From positions 9,548,001 through 9,612,000 of the forward strand of contig CM120641.1 in the NCBI GenBank assembly GCA_051362555.1: 64,000 nucleotides of DNA, written 5' to 3'. Under the pieces are notes generated by a model that had not been told where the DNA came from, ran no database searches, and saw only the letters and a program-made list of their open reading frames with translations. Below, one piece after another: positions 35,871 to 48,937 of this stretch; position 1 is the first letter of the stretch, and each line of letters starts with the position of its first letter. The translations under genes and the position numbers were made by a program. This DNA is from Lingula anatina (lineage: Eukaryota; Animalia; Brachiopoda).

Positions 35871-38800
35871 CTTAAACTCTTAAAATGTAACATGTTTCAG
35901 CTGAATTCAAATATTTTATACTGTATAGTAAAAGACAGTGTGAAAATGAGCTTTCTGTGCAGTGTTTGCTAATTTCTGACAGTAAAATTTCACTGAAGAA
36001 ACTTAGATGTTCATACTAGAAAGCACTTTGCTCAAAGTTCATGTTAGTGGTCAATTTCTCTCAATGTCAACCAAGCTTCTTATTGAAGTAAATAATGTAA
36101 TATCATTCTTTCTGTTCTACATTCTAAATAAAGATTTATTGATACAAAAAAACAAAATCGTGATGGACAGATGCAAAAAATTCCAATCATTTTGTGACAA
36201 AACTTACATGTTTTTTGACGACCAAGTTCTTTACCCCTTCCATGGCAAAATTTGAGGCTTGTGACATAAGTTTGGAGAACATTCTACAAATGAATAATAA
36301 GAAATTCAATGTTGACCATTTTCTTCATCAGCAAAAATCATTGAATAGATCTCAACATTTATAGAAACCTGATGACCTAATGAGTGCTTGAGATCTGTCA
36401 GATCTTTTTACAATTTCTGACAAACTTAGGCAGATTTTTTTAGAACAATATTTTCATGTCTTTTAGAAACAATTATAAAATTCAAATTTCTCTACAATAA
36501 AAATTTCAGACCATCTTTATAGAAGTATCTTACCCTACTGTTGTTGTGCCACCACCACCATATTGACTTGGAGCTGCTGTCATCTTGGCATATGCTCTAA
36601 AAATCAGGAATGATAATAACTACCGGTGAGGAAAAATCCATGGTAATAAATGAACTTTAATTAAGGCTTTTCTTCAAAATAATGACATACAGAACCACCA
36701 TAAGATCTACAAAATCCACATAAAATATAAAAACAGAAGTTTTCTTTTTTTACTTGAGCACTAACCTCCACCTCCTGATGTACTTGAGGGAATCTATCTC
36801 ACAGTTTGCACCTTGCAAGGCAACAGCATACTGGTCTACCTCAGCCTAGATGAAATGCAATATACAAGGTGTAGAAAAAAGGTTAGATGGAACACACTTT
36901 AGGACATTTGCATCACCAGGAAAGGATAAAAAGTAAATGATCCCATCATGGTTTGCTAGACATATAATCTGGATCTAACAGTTTACCTTAAGCCATTTGT
37001 GACATTTATGATTTTTTTCTTTTGTTGCTTTCAAGATTATTTCCTCATTTTTTATCATAGCTAACACTTACATCAGTCATTGTAGGACCACATACTAAAG
37101 CGATGATAAACAGTCTCAACTTGTCTTCTGGGGTACCAGCTGAAAAAAACAATTTTTTAAATGTTATTTATTTCATTTTCATTTTCATTATTTATTTCTT
37201 TTTTATTTTATCTTAATCCATTTTTATGTGGGTGAGCGATACACACCTATGATAATTATTCATTAAAACAAACAAATGAAAACTAGAAAGTAATGGCATT
37301 TGACTTGACAAAGACCAAAACATTAGATTTGAGGTTTCACAAGCCTTCTATTGCAGCTTCACCTACTCTAAAAACATAAACATTAATAGTAGACAAAAAC
37401 CTAAGAATAGCAATGAATCTCTTATTATTAGTTAGTGTCACAACACATAGCAGATTGAACCAAGGGGAAAAATTGTATACATACCCTCAGGATCTGTAAT
37501 AATATCCATCAAGGATTTTTCCTTAAAGTAAAAAAAAAATACAAGATTTAACCAATCAAAAAGGTAACACTATTTTAAACAAAAATTCAGTACATTTCAT
37601 GCAAAATATTAAGTGCAAGGTTCTCAAAAAAGATCCAATCCACATTTAATTTATTGTTAAAATAGCGGTTATATGAAAATAATATCCCAAAGAATCTTAC
37701 CAAGGAAGCTTTGCTCATCATTTTCTCTTCTATTTCAAAGTAAGTGTCCAGTTTTCTGGCCTAATAAAAGCATTGTAATATGGATTACATACATAAAAAA
37801 CAATGCCAAGTACAAAAACAAAACAGCAATTATCATCTCTATATATGCTACACCCCAGATGTCACAAATGATTAAACATATTTAATCCCATTGAAGTCAG
37901 TCACATGTTTTACAATACAGCAGGAGAAAAGATGCATAGCAGAACATAATGGATTATACAGGAGAAGTCATAATCAATTTATCCATATTTGCTGTAGCTT
38001 TTTTGAAAATAATGGATATTCAAACTTAAAGGTACACTCCCTGAGATTTACCAACCAAAATGAATTTCCCTGGGAAAATAAGCATTTTTCTTGTAATCAA
38101 GATTCATTTACTCATCCCTCTGTGCACTCGGATTCAACCTTTGATAAAGGTTATAAAGGTTGATTTTAGCTTCAAATGACTTGCCAGTCATAACAGCAAT
38201 CATTTTCCTATAAGCCTCAATGGAAATATCAACAACAGGTATTCCCCAGAAAAAACATGCAAGGGGTGAAATCACTTTAAGGTGTATGTAAGGTTTTATT
38301 AGAAGCTGTGGATAGCAAAAATGAGCATTTTGGTGTTTTCAAACCCATGGAGTGTGTAACTTTAATGGCTTTTGGTCTTCAATATTACCTTAATTTGGTC
38401 CAGCAGAGCTGTTGCAATGTTCATATGCATGTCAATCAATCTTTTCTTCTCCAGCAACTCTGGTAGGGAACTACAAATATTAACAAGGTCAAATATATAG
38501 ATGAAGCACATTTATCTCTTTTGAAGCATTTAAAAAAATTAATTGTTGTAATATCTCAAATCCATATATCTAGATCTCAAGAAATCAGGAGTTTCAGAGA
38601 CAAAGCCGATCAGCTTTTTTACTTTTACATTTTCATATTATAAGAAAAGTGCATTGTGGATAGAATAATAAAAATTATTTTGGCGGAAATTTTGAATATG
38701 AAGAGGCACCAATGAGATCTGATCCACAGAGCAGAAAGTTCCATTTGCAAGCCCCATTAAGGGAATAGTTTTGTATATTGTCAGATCCCAATTTCTCAAA

Positions 38801-41800
38801 TCCATACAAAAATGAAATGTAATCTTTTTGGAAGTTTGGAGTCTTACCTTACAGCAGAAGTGAGCTTTGCTGTGGTATCAGAAAGCATACTGATGGCAGC
38901 ATCATCTTCACCTTCCAAACCCTGGAAAATTCAAACAATTTAATATGACTGACATTTCACAGAAATACCCCCCCCCCAAAAAAAAAAAAAATAAAATAAA
39001 TAAATAAACAAATAAATAAATAAATAAATTAATTAATAAATTAATTAAATAAAACAACATCAAATAAAACCAAAACTGTCAAATGGTAGTTTTGCTCATG
39101 TTTTAACTCATCTGAAAATCTTAGTCAACTGTGTTGATTCAATAGTAAAAAACCAGAGCAGGGGGTAAGTGAGAGATGGCAGTGAATAGTAATGATTTCA
39201 TAAACTGCTTTTTATAAATACTATCAAGAGGTCTTTAAAATAATAGTCACTATGATGACAATGCTTGTACACAAAATGTATAAACAACCAAAGTTCTGTG
39301 AAGTTTTTTGGAACTTACCATAACATGTTTTAATCTTTTGACTTCATCTTCTTGACTTCTATATGACTCAAGGGCTTCCTGAACTGCTTCTGCCACTGTC
39401 GGGAATGGACTGAAATTGGGGGTAAATAGCAAAATGTTCTCAGAAAAATTATGTACAATCACAAAGTAAAAACAAAGATTTAGCAATGATTGGAGAGAAA
39501 ACTGTCATCAAGATAGAATTGCAAGAAGCATGCTACAATTTTTTTTTTTTTTGGCAGAGGGTCAAAATAAGACTGCAAGTTTTTAGATTATAAGTTATTT
39601 GTTTCTTTAAAACCATTGGTAGAGAAAAAAGCTACACACTTACCTTCCTTTCTGCTCATGCCAAAACTGATCTGTGGTATTCAAATCATAACTCTTCTTC
39701 TTTTTCTTTGGTCTAGCACTGTGTGCTGGGGATTTTTGCTCTACTGCTTCTTCAATTTCAACCCTGTTCAGTTTTAAGTCCTATTGCAAGCAAAACATCA
39801 GTATTAATGTATTTCAGTAACAAACATTTGCCAGAAAAGGTGTATGTATTACACAGAAACATGTAATTTTGCAACTTAGAACATTTTATCTCTAATGAGT
39901 GGATAGCCATTATCTAGAATCCTTCACGTGAAATCCCCTTGAAAAAATGCATAAATAATACAACAATGAGCAGATTTAATTATCTCAATGCCAATTCAAT
40001 TAATTACTTGATTACAATTTACTTAATTTTAATTTGTCATAAATGTATCTTTCAAACAACCTAAGAGATACAGTTACAGTACATGTGCAGACATTCAAAG
40101 CCTTTGCTATGCAGATACATACCAGAACATCATGTGCTAAGGCTTGATATGTCCACGTGTGATGAAATGGTGTTGCCAAGTCCATATTTCTATCTAGCAG
40201 CACCAACAAAGGTCTTTGAAAACTGGAAACAAATAAGATTTCCAAGTTACAGTGAACTGACCTGACCCTCTCATAAATTTTTACCAATCAAGGCTCTGTA
40301 AGCAGAACTTAATACAATCTTTTTTTGGTACTGTGCTCAGTTAATTTGCATGCAAATTTTAATAAAATTTTTGTGCGCAAAAAGATTTGATTGCAGTAAC
40401 AAAATACAAATTACAAATTATTTGTCAGAATAATGAACTAAAATTAAGCACCCCACTGATTGAAAAAATAATACCACCATTTTACATCATTTTTCTACAT
40501 CCAACACCTACATTTTCATGAAAAAATACCATGCCTTTTTTAAAGAAAAAAATTTAGAGCCAGACTAACCGAGAAAGCTATTTCATGTGCCAACAAACAC
40601 ATGAATGCTTTTTTTATCCCTCCGATTTCAAAATCCTCTACAAGACACCAACATCAAATAGGTTTGCGAAGGCCTTGACAATCTTTTCAAAAAATTGTCA
40701 TCATTCATTGCTAAATCTTTTCTGAACTGCATACAACACATATCCTTTCCTGTTCCTCTATTAAACATCACAGAACCCTTTCACAAAACACCAACCTTAC
40801 CAATAACCCATACCGTTTAGTTACTCTGTATGGCAAAAATCAGAAATAATTCCCATGTCACTCACTTCAGTTTAAATGTAGAAATGAGAATGGGAACAAT
40901 GAGCAAATATCACTTTTCTTTTGACTTTTCATTTGAAAAGCTTATATATCCTATCATGACATGACAGTTTTTCAAGTGATAAGTCAAAAAAATAAAATAT
41001 GTGTCTATGTTGTCTAATGTAGTATTCTGATAAATTCAAAGTTTGAGCTGTATCTTATTTTCAAAGCTTTTTTTTTTCCATCTCACAGGAATAAAAAAAA
41101 TTCTAAGATGGTTTGAAGTGTGCAATATGAAAAAGAAAAATGCTTACTGATAAACATGAAAATAATTTTCTAACCTGAATTGTCCACTCTGCATGCTGTC
41201 TGCTGTAAATAAACTATTACGAGCATCTCGTACATTTTCCCTCAATTTTTTATCCAGCTTTTCAGAAACCATTTCGGCAGCATTCCCTCTGGGGCAACGT
41301 ATGATTGGCACCGTACCTTATTTGTCAAAAATCAATAATATTTTATATTATCAGATATCTATTGAACACATATTACTTCAACAAAAATTAAGTTTAGAAA
41401 TATCTTTGAACATGATCTGTCCTTTTAAGATGGGGTTTCTTTTTTATTCCACTCTTTTTTTTTTTTTTTTCATTTCTGTGTAGATCAAAAATACAATTAA
41501 AAACTTCTTGATATAATGTTTTTGTACAGCTAACTGTAATATTAACATAGAATATCCTGTTAAATAGCAAATACTGTACTGCCCTTGTTATGAGAAACAT
41601 TTCTTGAACATTCAAAATTCCACCTACCCAAAGTAACAAACACTGAGAACAGGCTGTCAACAATAGTGTCCATTGTTGCCTCCATCTCTGAGTCTTTTAC
41701 ATCACCCCTGTTGATGGCTAAAAAACAGAAGTAAATTTCAACTCTTGATAGGTGAAAACAAAAACTAACCTAAAATCAATTTCTAACATGGCATTCTGAT

Positions 41801-43655
41801 ACTTTTCTTTGGATATTTTCTTACTCTATTTTCATTATCAATTACGTATCAAATGGTTTCTATATCAGGGTCATGGAAGTTGATTTTAATGACTCAGAGA
41901 TTAAAGTAAAAGGCAAAATTTTAACAGGTCTTTGACAATTGCCTAAGTTGATAGAAGTTTAACTCACCATAATATGAAATAGGCTCACTGTTTTGATATC
42001 TCAAAATGAACATGTCATCTTCTAAACTGATGAAATTTAAATACTGGTCAAACACCTGAAAATTAACCACATGGCTTCAATTTATCACTGAAAAGCCAGG
42101 TCTACTTATCAAGGGGTAACTTAAGGTTTCCCTCAAGTTTTAATTTAAATAACAAAAATCATGTGCATTATTTTATATATGCTATTATTCCAATACATAC
42201 TGCCAAGAGCCTTTTTAGTTTCTTCTTTCCTTTCCTTTTTCAATTGAATTAACTGCTCAAGTCCCCAATTTTTTTTTTTTTGCACTACAAACCTTTGATA
42301 CTTGTGTCACAGCATGTGTTTGAATGGCTGAAGTGGCTATATCTTCTAGTCTCTGCCTGGATATGGCAGAGATAAAGTTGAAGTAATAGGACTCATACAT
42401 CTGACTTTGTAAATCCTGGAAGATACACACAGTGATGTTGTTACATTAAAAATAGCAAACACATCCTTTAAAATTAAGTATCTTTTAGCTTCAGTTCCCT
42501 TTAAAAATTGCAAGATGTGTTAAAGATGAATTCGTTATTTTGAAACAAATGTGTTTACAATGAACTGCAGAAAAATTATTCCACATGCATAGGCAACATG
42601 TCATGAAAATGTATAAAACTAATCAGTTTTCTTATCTGACATTCAAAATAAAAATCCAAAACCTCACCCGGCATATCCTCTGAACATTTTCCTCTGTAGG
42701 CATAACAAAATATATGGCTGGGACATCTGGTATGGGTTCTCGATCTGAGTGAAGAAGTCTAAAAAGAATTTGAGATTTTCTCTTTAGAATATTCACAATG
42801 AAAAACTACCTATGTAGGGATTCAGCTGAAAATTATATTTGTGCTGTAAAACATGAGTGATATTCTTCTTTTGATCTCTTACAGATCTGAGCTTTCACTA
42901 GAAAAGTATCTCAAGTAACCTTTGAAGAAACCTTTACTTCTGTCTATATTTTTAAGTTATTCTACATTTGTTTTGGAAAACTGCCTGTTTCACTAAGACA
43001 AACAACTACAAAATGTTATAAGAAGACTAATGCTCACAAATGAAGTGTAACTCCCAGGTCTCTCAATTCTTTAACAGTTAAAAGTGGAGAAATAATATCT
43101 TGTCCAAATCTGTCGTAGATTAGCACCTTCCACTGTGGCTCGCTGCTTGAAGCTTTTGATATTGGCATATTAAAGTTTAACATACGCTGCAGGGCAGCTG
43201 AAAAAAGGAAGAAAAAAATTACATCAGAAGTCAACAACACCAGCAATACCATTTTTAAGGGGGGGGGGGGGTGCGTCTTGAGTAGTGACGTTGATTTAGG
43301 TTTACTCCGTGAATAACCTCCGCATTAGAAAAGAATTTTCTTTGTGGTAAAACTTTTGTAAAGAAATACTGCAATTAGAGGTTGAACTACTTAATCCCTT
43401 ACAATAAAATAGAAAAACTCTCCATCATTTTAAATAGTGTAAAGTTAACCAAGTCAGCTGTGTATTTCCTTCCACCTTACAAGCTGACACCGGTATGCTT
43501 TACATCACGAGGTGTGAGGTAGCTTATGAATATTCTGTGCTTTTTAAATATCTCTTTAAAATATATCTGCCTCTGAAATAAAGAAAGAGAAATCTATATG
43601 AGCAGGAAAACTAGTAAAATTTACCGGTCTGTTTTTCTCTCATGGAGGCCGCCAT
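34601..43655 (-). CDS. SCFD1: Sec1 family domain-containing protein 1 (Sly1), about 636 aa
   Basis: 23 exons: 43655-43625, 43197-43038, 42758-42668, 42415-42293, 42055-41968, 41717-41628, 41316-41175, 40222-40123, 39780-39644, 39409-39319, 38921-38848, 38470-38389, 37760-37701, 37521-37485, 37139-37072, 36845-36766, 36596-36534, 36283-36208, 35826-35720, 35509-35476 (GC donor), 35306-35241, 35029-34949, 34630-34601. Motifs [103 protein letters not shown]. Confidence 0.97.
35832..35869. repeat. (AAT)n microsatellite abutting an SCFD1 splice acceptor
   Basis: Directly visible. On the minus strand it reads (TTA)n just upstream of TTTACAG. Confidence 0.95.
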
Positions 43656-43895
43656 ATTGGAAATTGACAACTTGGCATGATGTGGAAACGAGGCTAAAAG
43701 AAGGCGCGCTGTATCTGAACTGATGTAAATTGGCACATCGGGTAAGGCTTGAAATAACTATAACACAGAAGTTGATCACGACGACGTATATCCCTTGCTT
43801 AGCATTTGTAATGGAGATAATTCATGCAATTGACGATATAATGTAACGTCCAATTTTTATTTTTAGAACGATATTATAGGAGGACGTCCTTCAAA
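43656..43895. promoter_or_regulatory. 240-bp bidirectional promoter between SCFD1 and ZW10, with probable ZW10 5'UTR intron (43742-43866)
   Basis: Divergent ATGs at 43655 and 43896, both in YY1-like contexts (AATATGGCGGC and AAAATGGCCTC). Local CpG enrichment. Donor G|GTAAGG at 43742 and acceptor TTTTTAG ending 43866. Confidence 0.7.
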
Positions 43896-46800
43896 ATGGC
43901 CTCCACGGCTGCTTCGTTCGTGACCGAAGTTCTGGCAACTGCTGGTATGTGTGCGCTAGCTGTGCTGCTGTCATTGATATATTTGTTGAGGAATTCACAG
44001 TATTTAAGTTTAAATTGCGATTTTCAGACCTTGATTAAATATCATAGATGAATTGATGTCTAACTACTAGCTTCATTATGTTGTTCCCTCTAAGCTGAAT
44101 TATGTCACTGAAACACACGTTGTTAACATTATTTAAATCCCCTTAGGTGTTTGGTCTGTTTATGTAATATCTGTTTATGTAATATGTGAAGATGTATAGG
44201 TGTGTTAGGGACAAAAACATCTATATAATTTATGTGTTGCTGACTTTCTAAGTTTCATCCCTTACCACTCAATACATGGTCTTTTTTCTTCTAAAATAGA
44301 GCACAGGATTATAATGTTCTCCTGTATTGTTCAGACAAAGTGACACTGTCCCTTGATATTGTAGGGAGCCTTAAAAAAGAAGACATACCAACTACACAAC
44401 TGAACCAGCTATCTGGTAAGATACGGGATGTTAAGACAGAAGTGTATGAAACCCTGCAGAAGAAACATGTTGATTTCTACCCAGTGCTTCACTCCACAGT
44501 GGAACTCGGTGAGCGTGTCAAATCACTGTCGGAGGAAATGGAGTCTATGACAGGCAGGATTGACAATGAGGTATAACTATTGGCAGTATATAATATGTTA
44601 ATTTTTTTTTATTCTGTTAAATAATTTTTTAAAGTCTTGCACATCTGGTATTTTAGAATCTCATATCTGACAAAATATCAATAAAAGCTGTGTTAGTTTT
44701 CAAATAATTGACCTTTGCAGATAAAATGATTAACTTTAGACAAATTGGTAAATTTCTTTTATATCTATACTTATTTTTTTGATAATTTTGATAATTGTTT
44801 TCTGTGTTGTTTTCCAGATAAAGAACCAACTCAATATGTCAACCAATGAGTTTCAAGAGCTATCCACAAGACTGCAAGAAACCAACGGAATCCTGGAGAT
44901 ATTGGATAAACTGGTCACTATCCATGATGCTCTGCAGGCAGCAACCCAAGCCATAGAAAGTCAGCATTTTACAGTTGCTGCTCAGAATCTAGAATTGGTA
45001 AACAGAGAATTGGCAAGCTCAAGCCCACAATGGGAGAGAGACCTCAAGATATTTCAAGCACTACAGACAGAATATCGTGTCCAGAGAGAAAAACTGATAT
45101 ATACCTTAGGTGATGCCTGGTCAAAGCATGTTGTGTGGGTAGTTCCACAGAGTCAGGATGTCAAAGCTGGTCAAATGTCCATGGTTGAGCTAAGGTTCAG
45201 TCAAGCAGAAGTAAGTTCATCTGTAATGAAAGAAGTTATACAGGCAATGCACGAGCTGCATGTTTTGGAAACAAAACTGAAACCCTTCGGACAAAAATGC
45301 ATGAGCCTTATCGTCAAGCCCATTGTTGAAGATGCAAGAACTGAGGTTCACATACAGAAGCACAGTTCTTTTAAATTCTTACAAGTTAACAGAATGGTGG
45401 GCTCTGGTTCAGGGGACAGACATGTTGCCACACCCAATGAGGCCTATGACAAGCTGGAAACAGTCTTCAAGTTTTTGAATGAAAATTTGCTAGGGGTCCA
45501 GATCCAGGTTCAGTCAGCAGAAAAACAGAACAAAAGACTGGTTGCAGAGGACTTGGGACAGTACATAGCAGATGACATACTGGATCATATTGTCAAAGAA
45601 TGTCTGTCACACTCAATCCCCACCAGTAATAAAGACTTGGACAAATATAAAGGAGTCATTTCTGCCACAGAAGGTTTTCACAAAATGCTCGTTAAGTGTG
45701 CTTTTATCACTTCAAATAATTCCAAGCTGCTGGACTATGTGAAGAACATCAATGTGCTTTTTGCTAATAAGAAGTGCCAAGAAATTTTGGAGAAAGCGAG
45801 AAAACTGATGACCTCCGACATTCACAATGCCATACATGTGAGTATAAAATTGATTTACTGGGATTCATAGTTGGACATGTTAATCCAAAGTGTTCACTGA
45901 TATTAAAATGTTGTTTCTTTAATATATTGTTAATGGATTTTTGTGGTCTTTTGCTGATTATTAGATTTAGATTAAGTACCAAAAATTTTATGTATTCTGA
46001 AATCAATTTTCAGAAAGTGTGATTTTAGAAGTTAAAGAAATTTCTTTATCAGGTTTGTTAAAAATTTGAAAGTAAATTCGATTTTTTTTATTGGGGGTGG
46101 GGGGGGGGGGGGGATATTTGTTTTTGCAGTTTGACTTTGCAGACAGATTATTCTAAAACCAAGAAAATGTTATCTGATGTTAACTTAAGGTCCCAAGTGA
46201 GGATGAAAGCACACCTAAACCAGAACATCAAGGAATAACAACACCCCAACAAGGACAGATAAATAGTGAAGATGGAATGGCTGCCCATAACCTGCTTAGT
46301 GCTAACACCTTCCAACTGCCTCCATGTCAGATTAGGTAAATACTAGTGAGCCATTTATTTCATAAAACTACCCACTACTTGCTGTGCCTAATCGGTATTA
46401 GTTACTCTACTAATAACCCTACGTAATATATAAGAAATAACACTGGTTTAACTTCTGTCTTTCTCCACTTGGATTCATCACATGAAGGTTTCTTCAGTAG
46501 ATTTTCATATTGCTGTTTCACGGCATAATACAGTGAACGATGTCCCTGCAGAATCTCTTCAAATTGTCAACTTTTACATTTTGATACATTTTTATTTTGC
46601 AGTGTTTCAGTGAAGCAGTTGATGGGGATGGCATATGAGACATTACAGGAAGCCTGTACCAGTTCTCCCCAGTGCTGTATTCAACTGTTCTACTGTGTTC
46701 ACAGTATGTTTGAGCTCTACTGCAGTGTAGTGCCTACCTACCACAAGGATAGTCTGGCAACACTGCCTCAACTCACAGGTGATTGCTTTAATGCTACCGT

Positions 46801-47712
46801 ACTTCATTTAATATGGTTTTGAATTGTATAAATGTTTGTGCTTAATATGCAGTCAGATAAATTGGTAACTTAAGAAACAGGTAAGTAGAACTATTTGATA
46901 GCAAAATATCTTATGATTTTGGGTTTAATAATTTCTCTCTATAGTATATTTGTTTTTGACCTTTTTATGTGTCCGTTTTTAGTTATAAAAACCAATTCCA
47001 TCTTATAAAAAGTCTTTATTTACTAGAGATTACTGATTATATGGCAATTTGTTTGCAAAATTAGTCAGTAATTTAAGATGCCTCAATTTATATGAGGCAA
47101 TAAATGTGTTATCAACCATTTAATGCAATAGAAATGACAAGAAAAGGTCAAGTTTTTTTATTTATATATAAAATTGATTTCAAACTCAGAACTTGTACTA
47201 CAGTAATGCTTCTGTATCTGTTTCAGCCCTTCACCACAACAACTGTATGTACATTGCTCACCACTTGATCACGTTGGGGCACCAGTTCAGAGACCGCTTG
47301 GCTGATCCACTCAACCAGGGCCTTGCCACCTTTGTAGATTTTGTGCCAAAGCTGAGAAGACTTGGCACTGAGTGCTTCTTGGCACAGATGAAGACTCAGA
47401 GACTCCAGCTGTTGGAATATTTGAAGGGAGCTAGGGGTATGTTGCTGAGGAGGTGGGGGGGGGGGGGGTAGTTATGATGGAAAAATATTTATGTCTGTGG
47501 TAATTAGTTCATGTTTTTTATGGTAGAATACTTTTCTCTCCAGTGATGGGAATTTTATATTTGATCCAAAGTTATACATTTTCATCTTATTATGATTATT
47601 TATATATGTGCATTGAATTTTATTTCACCTAGTTGAAAACTTTTTTGTTCATCTCCTAGTGTTATTTTCCTGTTACATGCTACATAAACAATGCAATTTT
47701 GGCATGATGTTA

Positions 47713-47759
<47 letters not shown>

Positions 47760-48549
47760 TTTTGAAGGTTTTGTTGGTGTATCTGAAGATAAGAATTTCA
47801 CAGATGGTGAGAGAGCCTTGAAGCAAGTTTTACACCAGTTGATGCTCCTGAGGAGAGTGTGGCTGGATGTCTTACCTGTCAGCACATTTAACAAAGCCAT
47901 GGGTAAGTGTGTTTCATATCAGTGATGGACTCATAACTTTTTATCCAATGACTTTGGAAGTTTTTTTTTTTTTTTTTTTTTTTTTTTTATCTCCCTTTAT
48001 TTTGTAAGTGCCTTGCCATCTGAAAGTTGACAGCACTTTGATTCAAAAAGATGTAGATCCTTCACATATCATTGTGTTACTTAGAGATGTTTACAAATTT
48101 GTTTGGGGAAAGGTTTAATGGGTAATAAAAAATAAATTCTGTGAAATGTTTGTGTTTTAAAACTTTTTATTCCCACAGGAACTCTGTTGAACTCTGTAGT
48201 AACAGAGCTCATAAGCTGTGTAACTTTACTAGAAGACATCTCTGCAGATGACGCCACGCAGCTCAGCAGTCTTCTGGGTATATTGCCAGAACGTGGCCCA
48301 GAGCTGTTTCTTCATGGACAGGACAAAGCTCAGGCACTGGCCGAAGTCCACAAGAATGTTGCTAAGTGGACCAAGTACAAGGAACTCTTGGTGCTACTGA
48401 ATGCTGGACTTCAGGAGATTTCTGACCGCTGGGCAGATGGCAAGGGGCCTCTGAGCAGTGACTTCAGTGCCAATGAGGTCAAGCAGTTGGTTAGAGCACT
48501 GTTTCAGAACACTGAGAAGAGATCAGCTGTTTTAGCTAGAATTAAGTAA
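43896..48549 (+). CDS. ZW10: Centromere/kinetochore protein ZW10 homolog, about 770 aa
   Basis: 8 exons: 43896-43944, 44365-44570, 44818-45837, 46190-46335, 46603-46778, 47227-47436, 47768-47902, 48179-48549. Motifs [86 protein letters not shown]...[24 protein letters not shown]. Confidence 0.96.
47710..47763. repeat. (TTA)n/(TTTA)n simple repeat upstream of the ZW10 exon 7 acceptor
   Basis: Directly visible. Confidence 0.9.
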
Positions 48550-48931
48550 AAAATCACTACTCCACACAAAAAATATGAAATGTTTGATTAGGTCCACAAG
48601 ACTGAGATGATGTTATAATACAGGGGCCATAAATCTATATAGTAGTAATACTCTTTAAGAAAAATATTGGTGTCAGTTATTTTTCTTTAAGTAAGAACGT
48701 ATGTACTGCAAATCGTCATAACAGCCAGGATGATTAATACCCTCCTGTTAGGTTTTTACCACAAACGTTATGGCTAAAAATATTATTGATGATGCATATT
48801 TTATGCTCTAGGAAATGTTTATATATTTTAATGTTATTGGATATACTAACTGCTGTTTAGGATATTTGATGCTGAGGAAGCGTTCAAGAGATTAAGCCTA
48901 TGTGACCATGGCATTTTCTCAATATCTACTA

Positions 48932-48937
48932 AATAAA
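48932..48937 (+). terminator. Candidate ZW10 polyadenylation signal
   Basis: AATAAA about 380 nt after the stop codon, at the point where CpG depletion ends. Confidence 0.45.

Noticed and set aside
4525-48549. U12-type introns, selenocysteine or stop-codon readthrough in the six spliced genes
   Set aside because: No RTATCCTT donors at the junctions used, and no in-frame stops in the reconstructed CDSs.
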